Below are positions 9,868 through 24,584 of a stretch of 64,000 bases of DNA, one piece after another (the stretch's first letter is position 1; every line of letters begins with the position of its first letter). The position numbers and the translations under genes were made by a program. The notes beneath the pieces are model-generated. The model was not told the DNA's origin. It ran no database searches and saw only the letters and a program-made list of their open reading frames with translations. Source of the DNA: Acidobacteriota bacterium (GTDB lineage Bacteria > Acidobacteriota > Thermoanaerobaculia > Multivoradales > UBA5704); the NCBI GenBank assembly GCA_040005235.1, contig JBDTZG010000002.1:64001-128000 (forward strand), given 5' to 3'.

Positions 9868-10587
9868 GTGCTTGCCAAGACCCCTCCCATCAAGCTTTCC
9901 GATCTGCCGATCCAGCAGGCGGAACCAGAAGCCCTCGTCCGGCATCTAAACTCGGTGGAGCGCCGCAATGCGCCCAAGATCGTCTACTTTTCAGGGAACC
10001 CCGGGTTGTTGAGTAGCCGAGTTCGAGTGGCCGTGGTCGGAGCGCGACGGGCCAGCGAAGATGGGCTTCGACGGGCTGGGCGTTTGGCTCGCGAGTTGAC
10101 GCGCCGCGGAATGCTCGTGGTCAGTGGATTGGCGGAGGGAATCGATACCGCGGCACACCTTGCTGCCATCTCCTCGGGTGGCACCACGGCGGCAGTGCTG
10201 GGCTCGCCCATCGACGTTGCATACCCTGCCAAGAATCTTGAGCTCCAGTGGGAAATCATGAGAGGCCACTTGGCGCTCTCCCAGTTTCCATCAGGTCATC
10301 CGGTGCTCCGAACGAACTTTCCGCAGAGAAATCGGACAATGGCCTTGTTTTCCGATGCCACCGTGATCGTCGAGGCGAGCGATGGCAGCGGGACACTTTC
10401 GCAGGGCTGGGAGGCGATCCGCCTGGGGCGCCCGCTCTTTCTGCTCCGATCGGTAGTCGAAGACCCCTCTCTTCGCTGGCCTGCCGAGATGATGCAATTC
10501 GGAGCCTATTGTCTTGGAGAGCCTGAAGAGCTCTTTGAGGTGCTTCCCACCGAGCCGCCCTTACCGGCGGAATGCCTTGCTTTCTAG
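9868..10587 (+). CDS. dprA: Short DprA/Smf Rossmann-fold protein
   Basis: VAVVGAR, VVSGLAEGID..AH, FPQRNR, IVEA..SGTL; 239 aa, with no obvious SAM or C-terminal wHTH domain. Confidence 0.85.
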   Translation: MLAKTPPIKLSDLPIQQAEPEALVRHLNSVERRNAPKIVYFSGNPGLLSSRVRVAVVGARRASEDGLRRAGRLARELTRRGMLVVSGLAEGIDTAAHLAAISSGGTTAAVLGSPIDVAYPAKNLELQWEIMRGHLALSQFPSGHPVLRTNFPQRNRTMALFSDATVIVEASDGSGTLSQGWEAIRLGRPLFLLRSVVEDPSLRWPAEMMQFGAYCLGEPEELFEVLPTEPPLPAECLAF

Positions 10588-11224
10588 GGTTGGCTACGGC
10601 ACATTCCTCGCGTATTCGCCGCGCGGAAAGAGTCGTGTCAGTGTAGTTTCGCGCGGCGTTTGTCAGGCGATCAAGGCGGACGGCCCGGGTCCTTTCGACG
10701 ACCAGCCGATGATCGCCTACGCCGTGCGAAGGCTGGTTGCGATGGCGCCTTCGTGCCTCCAAGATTTGCTGGGGGCCGGCAGGTGGCTCGTTCCCGTTCC
10801 AAGCAGCGCACCCTCTCCGCCCCATTCGCCGAATTCCCTTTGGGTACCTCGTCGCATTTGCGAGGAGCTTGTTGAGCAGGGCCTGGGTGCCGGGTTGCTT
10901 CCCTGCCTGAAACGAGAGAGATACATCGGCAAGAACAGCTATGCGGCGACGCGGCGAACACCTGCGGAGCATTACGACTCGATGACGGTGAGCGCACCGG
11001 TGATTCGACCTCCCCAGATCACTCTAGTAGACGACGTGATCACCCAAGGAGCAACAGCCCTCGCAGCGGCAAGCCGCGTGGCCGAAGTATTCCCAGGATC
11101 GGAGATTGGAGTCTTTGCCCTAGTCCGCACACGAGGGCTGGTCGAAGACATTGATTCGATCGTCGACCCGGTATCTGGCTGGATCGTAGAGCGTCAGGGG
11201 CGTGCCTGGCGGGATCACGACTAG
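10577..11224 (+). CDS. Phosphoribosyltransferase-fold protein
   Basis: PRPP loop ITLVDDVITQGATA, LVPVPSS; TTG start overlaps the dprA end (start uncertain). Confidence 0.8.
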   Translation: MLSRVGYGTFLAYSPRGKSRVSVVSRGVCQAIKADGPGPFDDQPMIAYAVRRLVAMAPSCLQDLLGAGRWLVPVPSSAPSPPHSPNSLWVPRRICEELVEQGLGAGLLPCLKRERYIGKNSYAATRRTPAEHYDSMTVSAPVIRPPQITLVDDVITQGATALAAASRVAEVFPGSEIGVFALVRTRGLVEDIDSIVDPVSGWIVERQGRAWRDHD

Positions 11225-11232
11225 GCTCACTC

Positions 11233-12465
11233 CTACGACTCTGACCGTGACGCCGGCGGTTCGGTAGGTATCGCCGGCGGAACGTCCACCGCTTCCACCC
11301 CGTAGCGGCCGATCGCCAGGAGCGTCATGTCGTCCATCAGCGGCTCGTCCGTGACGTGCTCGGCGAAGGCGGCCGAGATCCGTTCGTGGACGACCGCCGG
11401 TGGGCCGCCGAGCTGCACCAGGCGGGTCAGGCGGTCGTAGCCGAAGGTGGTGCCGCTCTCGGTCGTCGCCTCGGGCAGCCCGTCGGTATAGAGGACCAGC
11501 AGATCGCCGGGATCGAGAGTGGTCTCGCCGGTCGGTGGGATCACGGTCTCGGTGGCGCCGAGCGGCAGGCTGCCGGCGCCGATCTCTTCAACCGTGCCGT
11601 CGGCGCGGCGCAGCAACGGGAACGGGTGCCCCGCCGAGACCCAAGCGAGCCTGCCGGTCTCCGGATCGAGCAGGGCGTAGAACAGGGTAAGGAAGGCATG
11701 GCGCCTGCGTTTGCGGCGCAGCGCCCGATGGACCATCGCCGCCACCGCTGCGGGGGAAGGGTCGAAGTCGAGCGCGGTACCGATCGTCGCATGGGCGATC
11801 GCCATCACCAAGCCGGCCGCCATGCCGTGGCCGGTCGCGTCGCAGACCATCAGCGCGAGCCGACCGTCGGGCAACCGGCAGACATCGTAGGCGTCGCCCC
11901 CCACCTCGCGCGCCGTCCGATACGAATGAGCAAAGCAGTAACCGGGCAAGGGAGGTATCTCGCGTGGCAAGAGGCTCGCCTGAAGCTCGCGCGCCACCTC
12001 CAGCTCGTCTCGGACCTCCATCCGATCGACCAGCTCCAAGGCGACCAGCAGGCAGAGTCCGGCGATCGCGACGAAAAATGAGATTCCGCCGAAATCGACT
12101 TTCACGGTCTTGCCGCCACCTAGATTTAGCTGAAAATTGATCAGCGTGAGTAGCGCCGATAGGAGCGACACCGCGAACAGGAACCGGCGGGCGGGAGTGA
12201 GCTTGTACGACAGCCCGAGGAACGCCAAGCGCAGGCCCTCGACGAACCGATGACCCGGATCGCGCGACTGCCCCGCCCGGCGTTCGCGCGTCAACACGTC
12301 GTAGGCCCGCGTGGCGTCGCGAGAGAAGAGCCGACCCAGCTCGCGCCGGCTCATCCCGGCGGTGTATTCGCGCAGAAACCCCTCCGCCTCGGCGAACGCC
12401 GGACGCTTGGGCTTCTTTTCGCGCCCTTCCTTGGCGCGCCGCTTCGCTTTGGCCATGACCAACAT
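11233..12465 (-). CDS. PP2C/SpoIIE family Ser/Thr phosphatase, membrane anchored
   Basis: EVGGDAYD, CDATGHG, SAGHP, LYTDGLPE, DDMT; two TM helices. Confidence 0.9.
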   Translation of the reverse strand: MLVMAKAKRRAKEGREKKPKRPAFAEAEGFLREYTAGMSRRELGRLFSRDATRAYDVLTRERRAGQSRDPGHRFVEGLRLAFLGLSYKLTPARRFLFAVSLLSALLTLINFQLNLGGGKTVKVDFGGISFFVAIAGLCLLVALELVDRMEVRDELEVARELQASLLPREIPPLPGYCFAHSYRTAREVGGDAYDVCRLPDGRLALMVCDATGHGMAAGLVMAIAHATIGTALDFDPSPAAVAAMVHRALRRKRRRHAFLTLFYALLDPETGRLAWVSAGHPFPLLRRADGTVEEIGAGSLPLGATETVIPPTGETTLDPGDLLVLYTDGLPEATTESGTTFGYDRLTRLVQLGGPPAVVHERISAAFAEHVTDEPLMDDMTLLAIGRYGVEAVDVPPAIPTEPPASRSES

Positions 12466-12503
12466 CCTACGCTGGTCGAAGGGAAGGGTTGCGGAAGCCT
12501 CCC

Positions 12504-12779
12504 CTACCGCGCCAGCAAACTCGCCAGCTCGTCCGGGTGGGGGCTTCTCACCCGCGCCTCCTCAAGGGTGACCACCTGGCTGCGCACCAGGCCGCTCGCG
12601 CCGCGGCGGGCCATCTCGGAGAGCAGCGCTTCGAGCGGCTCGCCTTCGTCCACCCGCGACAGGCGGGCCGGCACGAGTCGGGAAGCGTCGCCGCCCGGCG
12701 CCGCCGCGGGTTTCTCCCGGTTCTGGTTCAATTGCTCGACCAGCCGGTCGAGGTCGGGATCGCGCAAGAGTTCGGACAT
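12504..12779 (-). pseudogene. PilT/PilU-like gene remnant with large internal deletion
   Basis: LEALLSEMARRGAS (PilT-like N-terminus, normally continuing DLHL) is joined directly to GLVRSQVVTLEEARVRSPHPDEL (PilT-like C-terminus); no Walker motifs. Confidence 0.6.
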
Positions 12780-12998
12780 GGCGTAACGAAAGGGCTCAGC
12801 TCTCCGCCAGAAGTTCCTAGAGCATACGGCGGTCCTCGGCGAAGCGTCGCCACGAACCCGGCGGCGGGTGAGTCGGGTTAGGATACCGCCAGTGTCAGGT
12901 GGTGAGTATCCCGCGTAGTTTTGGGCTCTTCGGGAAGCCGCAAACGTTGCATTTACAAGCGCTCACGCGCTCTCTCGCGAAGAAATAGGAGAACACTC

Positions 12999-14150
12999 AT
13001 GCGCAACAGCACTCTTCTTCGGCACACCGCGGTCGCCATCGCCCTCTCGGCGATCGCGGCGATCGCGGCCCCCGCCTCGGCCTTCGCCGCGGGCAACGCG
13101 GTGGGTAAGGAAAACACCGACAAGACCAACGCTATCAACTACTGGACCCCCGAGATGATCCGTAGCGCCCGGCCGTTGCCGCTGCCGAAGGTCTCGGCAG
13201 ACACCCGCGCCGCGAACGCGACCGAAGCCAACGCGGTCGAGGCCAACAGCGTGCCGACGGGAGCCAATGGCGCTCCGCCGAAAGCCAACGCCGCCGCTCT
13301 GGCGACCCGGCTGTTGAGCCAGGACGACGCGGCGGAGATCGCCGCCGCCCGAGCCGCGATCGAAGCGTATGACCTCGAAGGCGACAACTTCGGCACGCTC
13401 AACGCGCAGTTTTCGAGCACCCGCGTGTTTCCCGACTCCGCGACCGTCGCCTATCCCTACCTCACGGTGGGCAAGCTGTTCTTCACCATCCCGGGCCAGG
13501 GCAACTTCATCTGCTCGGGCAGCACCCTGCGTCGGCGCGTGATCTTGACCGCCGGTCATTGCGTCCACAACGGCAACGGCAACGTGAGCGGCTATTACAC
13601 CAATTTCATGTTCGTTCCGGCCTATCGGAACGGCGTGGCGCCGGCCGGCGTGTGGGATTGGCAGTACGTCAACACCACGGCGACCTGGTTCAATGGCAAT
13701 TCCGTGTTCCCGAACTCGGCGGACTACGCGATGATCGAGCCGCGCGACATCGGCTCCAACATCATCGGCAATATCACCGGCTTCCTCGGCTATCAGACCC
13801 TCAAGCTGTTCCCGAACCACGCCCACCTGCTCGGCTATCCCGCGAACCACGACAGCGGCGAGCGGATGCACGAGGTCACCTCGGAGAGCCTGCGGAAGAC
13901 CAATCCGAACGCGGTCGAGTACGGTTCCGACATGCGAGGCGGCTCCTCGGGCGGTCCGTGGGTGCAGAATTTCGGCGTCGTCGCCTCGGGTCAGACCGGT
14001 GGCAGCAACACCGGATCGAACCGGGTGATCGGCATCACCTCGTATGGCTTCGTCTCGACCACCCCGCTGATTCAGGGCAGCTCGGTCCCCGACAGCCGTT
14101 TCACCTCGCTCCTGACCGTCCTCTGTAACCACCGCTCCGGCAACTGCTAG
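12999..14150 (+). CDS. Secreted trypsin-like (V8/glutamyl endopeptidase-type) serine protease
   Basis: AGGAG RBS, signal peptide ending ASAFA, catalytic TAGHC / ADYA / GGSSGGP. Confidence 0.9.
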   Translation: MRNSTLLRHTAVAIALSAIAAIAAPASAFAAGNAVGKENTDKTNAINYWTPEMIRSARPLPLPKVSADTRAANATEANAVEANSVPTGANGAPPKANAAALATRLLSQDDAAEIAAARAAIEAYDLEGDNFGTLNAQFSSTRVFPDSATVAYPYLTVGKLFFTIPGQGNFICSGSTLRRRVILTAGHCVHNGNGNVSGYYTNFMFVPAYRNGVAPAGVWDWQYVNTTATWFNGNSVFPNSADYAMIEPRDIGSNIIGNITGFLGYQTLKLFPNHAHLLGYPANHDSGERMHEVTSESLRKTNPNAVEYGSDMRGGSSGGPWVQNFGVVASGQTGGSNTGSNRVIGITSYGFVSTTPLIQGSSVPDSRFTSLLTVLCNHRSGNC

Positions 14151-14168
14151 GCGAAATCTGCTGTTCCC

Positions 14169-14196
14169 GTAGGGGCGAGGCATGCCTCGCCCCTAC
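14169..14196. repeat. 28-bp perfect palindrome, GTAG-type REP-like element
   Basis: GTAGGGGCGAGGCA|TGCCTCGCCCCTAC, 18 bp after the protease stop codon. Confidence 0.8.
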
Positions 14197-14339
14197 CTTC
14201 CCGCCGCCATCTCCAATCCGCAGCTTGAACACATCCCCCCGAGTTGCTACACTCCGCGCGCCGCGGAGGATGGGGGTCTAAAGTCCAAACCGCTCGCGCT
14301 TCCATGTGCGGGCCTTGTCCGTTCCCCCTAGCGACACCG

Positions 14340-14600
14340 ATGCCCGAAGACGACAAGAAGAAAAGCACCCTGGGTCGCGCTTCAGGTGTGGGGATCGAAT
14401 TCGCGGCAGCGGTCGCAGGTTTCTCTCTGGTCGGTATCTGGGTGGACCGCCATTACGGCAGCGGTCCGTGGGGCCTGGTGATCGGGCTCGCCTTGGGGTT
14501 GATCGGCGGAACGTACAACCTGGTCCGCGAATCGTTGCTCGCCTCCAAAGAAGCCGAGCGTTCGGATCACGAAACCTCGGATCGTGGCGACACGGTCTGA
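14340..14600 (+). CDS. AtpZ/AtpI-family (ATPase gene 1) protein
   Basis: GIEFAAAV..G.WVDRHYGSGPWG; first gene of the atp operon. Confidence 0.85.
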   Translation: MPEDDKKKSTLGRASGVGIEFAAAVAGFSLVGIWVDRHYGSGPWGLVIGLALGLIGGTYNLVRESLLASKEAERSDHETSDRGDTV

Positions 14601-15057
14601 AGGCCGGACGGGCGCAGGCGCGCGAACGCTCCCTCGGTTCGTCGTCACCTCCGCCGCGGTCACGGCGGTCTGCGCGGCGATCGGCTGGCTGCCGACCGTG
14701 CGTCTGGCGGGCCGGGGTGCGGCGGAGGGGCTGCTCGCCGGTTGCGCGATCAGCTGGCTGGCCTGCGTGTCCGGAGCGGTTCTGTTCGCCCGGTTGACCG
14801 GAGCGAACGTGCCCGGCGGGCTCGCGGAGCTGGCAAAGCTGGGTCTACGGTTTGGCGCCGTGGTGCTGTTCGGAGTGGTCGGGGCAGTCCTTTCCCGGCG
14901 CGGTTATTGGCCCCTGCGGCCGATGTTGGTTTGGATCGCTTTGAGCTACCTGCCCCTTCTGGGGCTCGACATAGGATTCGCCCTCGGGGCCGAACGGCAA
15001 ACTGCCAGATCGGCCGGGCCGGTACAACCGCCCCCCGAGGATACGGAGACGCGATGA
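14584..15057 (+). CDS. Four-TM protein, AtpI-like
   Basis: Four hydrophobic helices; lies between the atpZ-like gene and atpB, ATGA overlap with atpB. Confidence 0.65.
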   Translation: MATRSEGRTGAGARTLPRFVVTSAAVTAVCAAIGWLPTVRLAGRGAAEGLLAGCAISWLACVSGAVLFARLTGANVPGGLAELAKLGLRFGAVVLFGVVGAVLSRRGYWPLRPMLVWIALSYLPLLGLDIGFALGAERQTARSAGPVQPPPEDTETR

Positions 15058-16004
15058 GTGCGACGCCGATGATGATGCTGGCCTTTGCGGAGAATCCGCT
15101 TTCGCACATCGTCCAGCATCCGCTGGTGCAGAAGCCCGCGAGCTGGGGGCCGCTCACCCCCCACGGCGTGATGACGGTCCTCTCCGATCAGATCGTGATG
15201 ATGATCGCGGCCGGCCTGCTGCTGATCCTTTTCGTGCCCGCGCTGGTCGCCCGGCGGAAGGCCAAGGACGCCCTGGGTTCGCTGGTGCCCTCCGGCTTCG
15301 GCAACGCGATCGAGACGATCTGCGTCTACCTGCGCGAAGAGGTCGCCCGCCCCAACCTTCAAGAGCACACCGACCGCTTCATCAAGTACCTCTGGTCGGT
15401 GTTCTTCTTCATCCTGACGATGAATCTGCTCGGCCTGGTGCCGATCTCGCCGGTCTCGAAGCTGTTCGGCGCGCATCTGGGCGGCACCCCCACCGGCAAC
15501 ATCTGGGTCACCGGCTCGCTCGCCGTCTGCACCCTGCTGATGATGGTGATCAACGGCCTGCGGCTCGGCGGCAAGAGCTACCTCGCGCACTTCTCCCCCG
15601 GACCGATCTGGCTCTCGCCGCTGCTCGTGCCGCTGGAGCTGGTCGGCGTCGTGGCGAAGACCTTCGCGCTCACCGTCCGTCTGTTCGCCAACATGCTCGC
15701 CGGCCACGTGCTGCTCGCCGTGCTGCTCGGCTTCATCGTCAACGCCATGGCGAAGATGGGCGCCGCGGGTTTGGGGATCGCCATCCCGGCGGTCGCGGGC
15801 TCCGTCGCGATCAACCTGCTGGAGATCTTCGTCGCGTTCCTCCAAGCTTTCATCTTCACCTTCCTGACCGCGCTGTTCATCGGCCAATCGGTGGTCTTCC
15901 ACCATGGCGACGAGCACGGTGATCACGACGGGCACGATTCCCACGAAACAATCGGCCACGCCTCCGCGCACCCTGCGAACGCCGCGACGGCTCGGGCGCA
16001 CTGA
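15054..16004 (+). CDS. atpB: ATP synthase Fo subunit a
   Basis: ALTVRLFANMLAGH, LEIFVAFLQAFIF; His-rich C-terminal tail. Confidence 0.96.
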   Translation: MSATPMMMLAFAENPLSHIVQHPLVQKPASWGPLTPHGVMTVLSDQIVMMIAAGLLLILFVPALVARRKAKDALGSLVPSGFGNAIETICVYLREEVARPNLQEHTDRFIKYLWSVFFFILTMNLLGLVPISPVSKLFGAHLGGTPTGNIWVTGSLAVCTLLMMVINGLRLGGKSYLAHFSPGPIWLSPLLVPLELVGVVAKTFALTVRLFANMLAGHVLLAVLLGFIVNAMAKMGAAGLGIAIPAVAGSVAINLLEIFVAFLQAFIFTFLTALFIGQSVVFHHGDEHGDHDGHDSHETIGHASAHPANAATARAH

Positions 16005-16445
<441 letters not shown>

Positions 16446-16482
16446 AGCCGTCCGTTCGAACGAACGCTCTCTCCATAGCAGA

Positions 16483-16509
16483 TCCGGTCGGGCGGAGAGC
16501 CCGGCCGGA
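16483..16509 (+). promoter_or_regulatory. Intergenic hairpin after atpE (possible mRNA-stabilising stem)
   Basis: TCCGGTCGGGC-GGAGA-GCCCGGCCGGA (one G-U pair). Confidence 0.45.
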
Positions 16510-16552
16510 CTGCTCCGAGATCCACGCTTTTCAGTTTGAGGGCTTACCGCCG

Positions 16553-17164
16553 ATGTTGGGAAAGTCGACACTGCGAAAGACAAGCTTCCTCTGGACTCTC
16601 GGCCTCCTGTTCGTCGGCGGGCTAATGCCGGCCTTGGCGCAAGAGGCGCACGAGGGCGGGTCGGTCAATCCGTTCTCCGGCGACGTCGGCAACGCGATCT
16701 GGACGGTCCTGATTTTCGGTCTCGTCCTGTTCGTGCTCGGCAAGTACGCCTGGGGCCCGATCCTCGGCGGGCTTCAAGCTCGCGAGGCGTTCATCCGCGA
16801 GGCGCTCGAAAAGGCCGACCGCGACCGCAAGGAATCCGCGGCGAAGCTCCAGGAGTACGTCGACAAGATCAACGCCTCGCGCGCCGAAGCGTCGGCCATC
16901 GTCGAAGAGGGCAAGCGCGACGCCGATGCCTTGAAGGCCAGGATCGAGCAGGACGCCAAGACGGAAGCGCAGGCGATCATCGCTCGCGGCAAGCGCGAGA
17001 TCGAGATCGCGACCGACACCGCGATCAAGGATCTTTACGCCCGGAGCACCCAGCTCGCCACCGAGATCGCAAGCGGCATCCTCGGCCGGGAGATCCAGGC
17101 GAAGGATCACGACCAGCTGGTGGCCGACACCATCGCCCGCCTTTCGGCCGGTAGAGCCAACTAG
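16553..17164 (+). CDS. atpF: ATP synthase Fo subunit b
   Basis: WTVLIF..LGKYAWGPIL..L.ARE then coiled coil; start codon uncertain. Confidence 0.93.
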   Translation: MLGKSTLRKTSFLWTLGLLFVGGLMPALAQEAHEGGSVNPFSGDVGNAIWTVLIFGLVLFVLGKYAWGPILGGLQAREAFIREALEKADRDRKESAAKLQEYVDKINASRAEASAIVEEGKRDADALKARIEQDAKTEAQAIIARGKREIEIATDTAIKDLYARSTQLATEIASGILGREIQAKDHDQLVADTIARLSAGRAN

Positions 17165-17175
17165 AGACCGATCCG

Positions 17176-17784
17176 ATGAGTCAGGGAATAGACAACAACA
17201 CGCGCGCCCTCGGTCGCCTCTATGGCAAGGCGCTGCTCGATGCGGCGACCGCCACCGGTCCCGCGGAAGCGGAAGCGCTTTCGGCGGAGCTGATCGGGCT
17301 GGGGAGCCTGCTCGAAAAGGAGCCCGATTTCGCGGCGTTCCTCGCGAGCCCCTCGGTCGATGCCAAGCTCAAGACCGCGGCGATCGAAAAGCTCTTCCGC
17401 GGCCGAGCGAGCGACCTGCTGACCGACGCCCTCCAGGTGATCGGCCGCAAGGGGCGGCTCGCCGGCCTTGCGGCGATCGTCGCCGGCTTTGCGTCCGAGT
17501 ATCGCGACGCGCGCGGCATCCTCTCGGCGACGGTTGAAACCGCCCGTCCGCTGTCCGAGGCCCAGCGCGCCGATCTGGCCCGAGCGATCGGCACCTACAC
17601 CGGCAAAAGCATCGAGATCACCGAACGCATCAATCCGACCCTGCTCGGCGGCATCGTGGTCCGCGCCGGGGATGAGCGGATCGATGGCACCGCAGCCTCC
17701 GCCCTGGCTCGTTTCAGCGCCCGCCTCGACGCGCGCGCCGCGAGCGAGATCGCGAGCGGCACGTCCTACGCGGAAGCGACTTAA
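17176..17784 (+). CDS. atpH: ATP synthase F1 subunit delta
   Basis: YGKALL, FLASP, INPTLLGGIVVRAGDERIDG. Confidence 0.93.
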   Translation: MSQGIDNNTRALGRLYGKALLDAATATGPAEAEALSAELIGLGSLLEKEPDFAAFLASPSVDAKLKTAAIEKLFRGRASDLLTDALQVIGRKGRLAGLAAIVAGFASEYRDARGILSATVETARPLSEAQRADLARAIGTYTGKSIEITERINPTLLGGIVVRAGDERIDGTAASALARFSARLDARAASEIASGTSYAEAT

Positions 17785-17851
17785 AAGGCCGAGACTACGA
17801 GACTAGATGACCGGCCCGACCAACTCGGGTCCAGGTTGAGGAACACATACG

Positions 17852-19594
<1,743 letters not shown>

Positions 19595-19637
19595 GGGCTG
19601 AAGCCAAGCCTCCTTCTGCCGAGCCCAAGGTACCGAC

Positions 19638-20522
19638 ATGGCCAACCGGCGAGTCCTCGTCAAACGACGCAAGTCGATCCGCAACATCCGCAAGATCACG
19701 CGGACGATGCAGCTGATCGCGACCGCGCGTTTTCAAGCGGCCTACAACCGGGCCGTCGCGACCAAGCCGTACAACGAAAAGCTCGCCGAGCTGGTGGCGG
19801 ACCTTTCGAGTGCGGCGGCCGCTTCAGGCGGGGTCGAGCATCCGCTGCTCAAAGAGAACGATTCGAACAAGACCGCGCTGGTCACCATCACCAGCACCCG
19901 GGGCCTCTGCGGCGGCTACAACTCGAGCGTCCTGCGCGCTTCGATTGAACACCTCGACGCGGAAGCGAACGCCGGCCACCAGGTGGATGTCCACATGGCG
20001 GGCAAGAAGGGGATCAGCTACTTCCGCTTCTTGAGGCGCGAGATGAAGGAGCAGATCACCTCGGTCGGCGACGTGCCGCGCTTCGACCAGGTGGAGCCGA
20101 TCGCCAACGCTCTGATGGACCAGTTCATCAAGGGCGAGATCCGCTCGGCCTATGTCTCCTACATGAAGTTCGTCTCGACCGGCACCCAGCGCCCGGTGGT
20201 CGTCCAGCTCCTGCCGCTCGCGCGGAAGGCGGAGGCCACCGAGGGTGAAACCGCTGCCCCCACGGGAGAAGTCGAGTTTTCGCCCGACCCGCAGAAGCTG
20301 CTCGACAGCCTGCTGCCCGCCTCCGTCCGCGTCCAGCTGTTCCAGGCGTTCACCGACGCCGTGGTCTCCGAGCAGGTCGCCCGGATGGTCGCGATGAAGG
20401 CGGCCACCGACGCGGCCGGCGACATGATCAAGTCCTTGACCCGCGAATACAACCGCGCCCGCCAGACCGCGATCACCATGGAGCTGCTCGACATCGTCGG
20501 CGGCGCCAACGCGCTGGCCTGA
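19638..20522 (+). CDS. atpG: ATP synthase F1 subunit gamma
   Basis: KITRTMQLIA, RGLCGGYN, YNRARQTAITMEL. Confidence 0.97.
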   Translation: MANRRVLVKRRKSIRNIRKITRTMQLIATARFQAAYNRAVATKPYNEKLAELVADLSSAAAASGGVEHPLLKENDSNKTALVTITSTRGLCGGYNSSVLRASIEHLDAEANAGHQVDVHMAGKKGISYFRFLRREMKEQITSVGDVPRFDQVEPIANALMDQFIKGEIRSAYVSYMKFVSTGTQRPVVVQLLPLARKAEATEGETAAPTGEVEFSPDPQKLLDSLLPASVRVQLFQAFTDAVVSEQVARMVAMKAATDAAGDMIKSLTREYNRARQTAITMELLDIVGGANALA

Positions 20523-20546
20523 TTCGGCGACGGCCTAAAGATATGA

Positions 20547-22431
<1,885 letters not shown>

Positions 22432-22567
22432 TTGCCCTCTGATCGCCCGAGCACATCGTGAGGCTGGACCGGATTCGCGGCTACAATTCGGTCAACCTGC
22501 ACTCGGATCTCCTCTCCTGGAGGTCCGGAGCCCGCGGGGATCTTCGCGAGAGAAGAGGGACGCCGTC

Positions 22568-22903
22568 ATGACGCCTACCGCCGACTTGCTCGATCGGATC
22601 ACGATCAACCTGGACCAATGTGGTGGCCAGCCGTGCATTCGCGGGTTGCCGATCAGAGTGGCCGATGTCCTTGCGTTCCTGGCGGCAGATCGGACGGAAC
22701 CGGAGATCCCCCGAAAGTATCCTGGTTTGGAGGCGGACGACGTCACAGCTTGCCTCCTCTACGCGATACGGGAAGATTCCGCCGACCCAGACCGCAGCCA
22801 GATCGTCCAGCGCCTCCGTATGACCCCCAAGCAACGTCTCGCTCACCTCGTGGAGATGGTCGCCTTCCAGGAACGGGCTCACCGTGCCCGGCGGGTTGCC
22901 TAG
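22568..22903 (+). CDS. DUF433-type antitoxin-like protein with extra C-terminal segment
   Basis: RITIN..QCGGQPCIRG..I.V..., YPGLEADDV.ACL.YA. Confidence 0.8.
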   Translation: MTPTADLLDRITINLDQCGGQPCIRGLPIRVADVLAFLAADRTEPEIPRKYPGLEADDVTACLLYAIREDSADPDRSQIVQRLRMTPKQRLAHLVEMVAFQERAHRARRVA

Positions 22904-22907
22904 TTCC

Positions 22908-23763
<856 letters not shown>

Positions 23764-23785
23764 GGCACGGCCTCGGAGCAAAGCC

Positions 23786-24178
23786 ATGGCCGGAACGTTC
23801 CACTTAAGCGTCATCACCCCCGAGCGAGCGGTCCTGGAGACCGAAGCCACCGCCGTCGTCTTTCCCGCCTGGGACGGCGAAGTCGGAGTCCTCCCCCAGC
23901 GCGCCCCCTTCCTCTTCGAAATGGGCATCGGAACCCTCAAAGTCGAATCCCCCGAGGGCAAGCAGACCTTCTACGTCGACGGAGGCTTCGCCCAGATGGT
24001 GGGGGACAAGCTGACGCTACTGACCGAAGGGGCGAAGAGGCTCGACGAGTTGGATCGAGGTAAAGCCGAGGCAGCTCTGGCGGCGGCGCGGGAGCTGCCG
24101 ATGTTGACGGATGCCGAGTTCGAGGGGCGGCAGAAGGCGATTGCCCGGGCGGAGATGCAGAAGCAGTTGGCGAACTAA
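23786..24178 (+). CDS. atpC: ATP synthase F1 subunit epsilon (copy 2)
   Basis: Same protein as copy 1 except the C-terminus: EMQKQLAN vs EVQKGLAN. Confidence 0.92.
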   Translation: MAGTFHLSVITPERAVLETEATAVVFPAWDGEVGVLPQRAPFLFEMGIGTLKVESPEGKQTFYVDGGFAQMVGDKLTLLTEGAKRLDELDRGKAEAALAAARELPMLTDAEFEGRQKAIARAEMQKQLAN

Positions 24179-24207
24179 AGCGGCTCTAAGTGAAGCGATT
24201 GGTGGGA

Positions 24208-24320
24208 CTACGGCGCGCCAAACCCCGAAGGGGCAGGCGCGTTGTTGTTTTTCGGCGGCCCCCGTAGCTGTTTTGTAGGAACCAACGCGTCGGCCTCTCG
24301 GAGTCCGGCGCGTTTTCATT
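24208..24320. other. Structured non-coding element (nested stems plus terminator-like hairpin)
   Basis: CTACGG/CCGTAG encloses CGCGCC/GGCGCG and CCCC-GAA-GGGG; followed by AACGCGTCGG..CCGGCGCGTT-TTCATT. Confidence 0.5.
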
Positions 24321-24584
24321 TGCGGCGAGCCAGAGATCCAACTTGGCGTAACAGCCCCGTCAAGCTCCGGAACAACCTACCATTCGGGCCATTTTCCGAG
24401 TCTCTGGTACTAAACGAATCGCCACGTCGCGTTTCTCATTAGCTGGTCCCCTCTGCGTAGGGAGCAACGGGCAGGGATCAATGTAGCTCGATGGCTAAAT
24501 GCGCATGGAGCGTATTCTTGATGCGCTTCTTTCTGCGGCATATGAACAACGTGGTCTATTCAACGACGAAAGGGAAACACGGCT

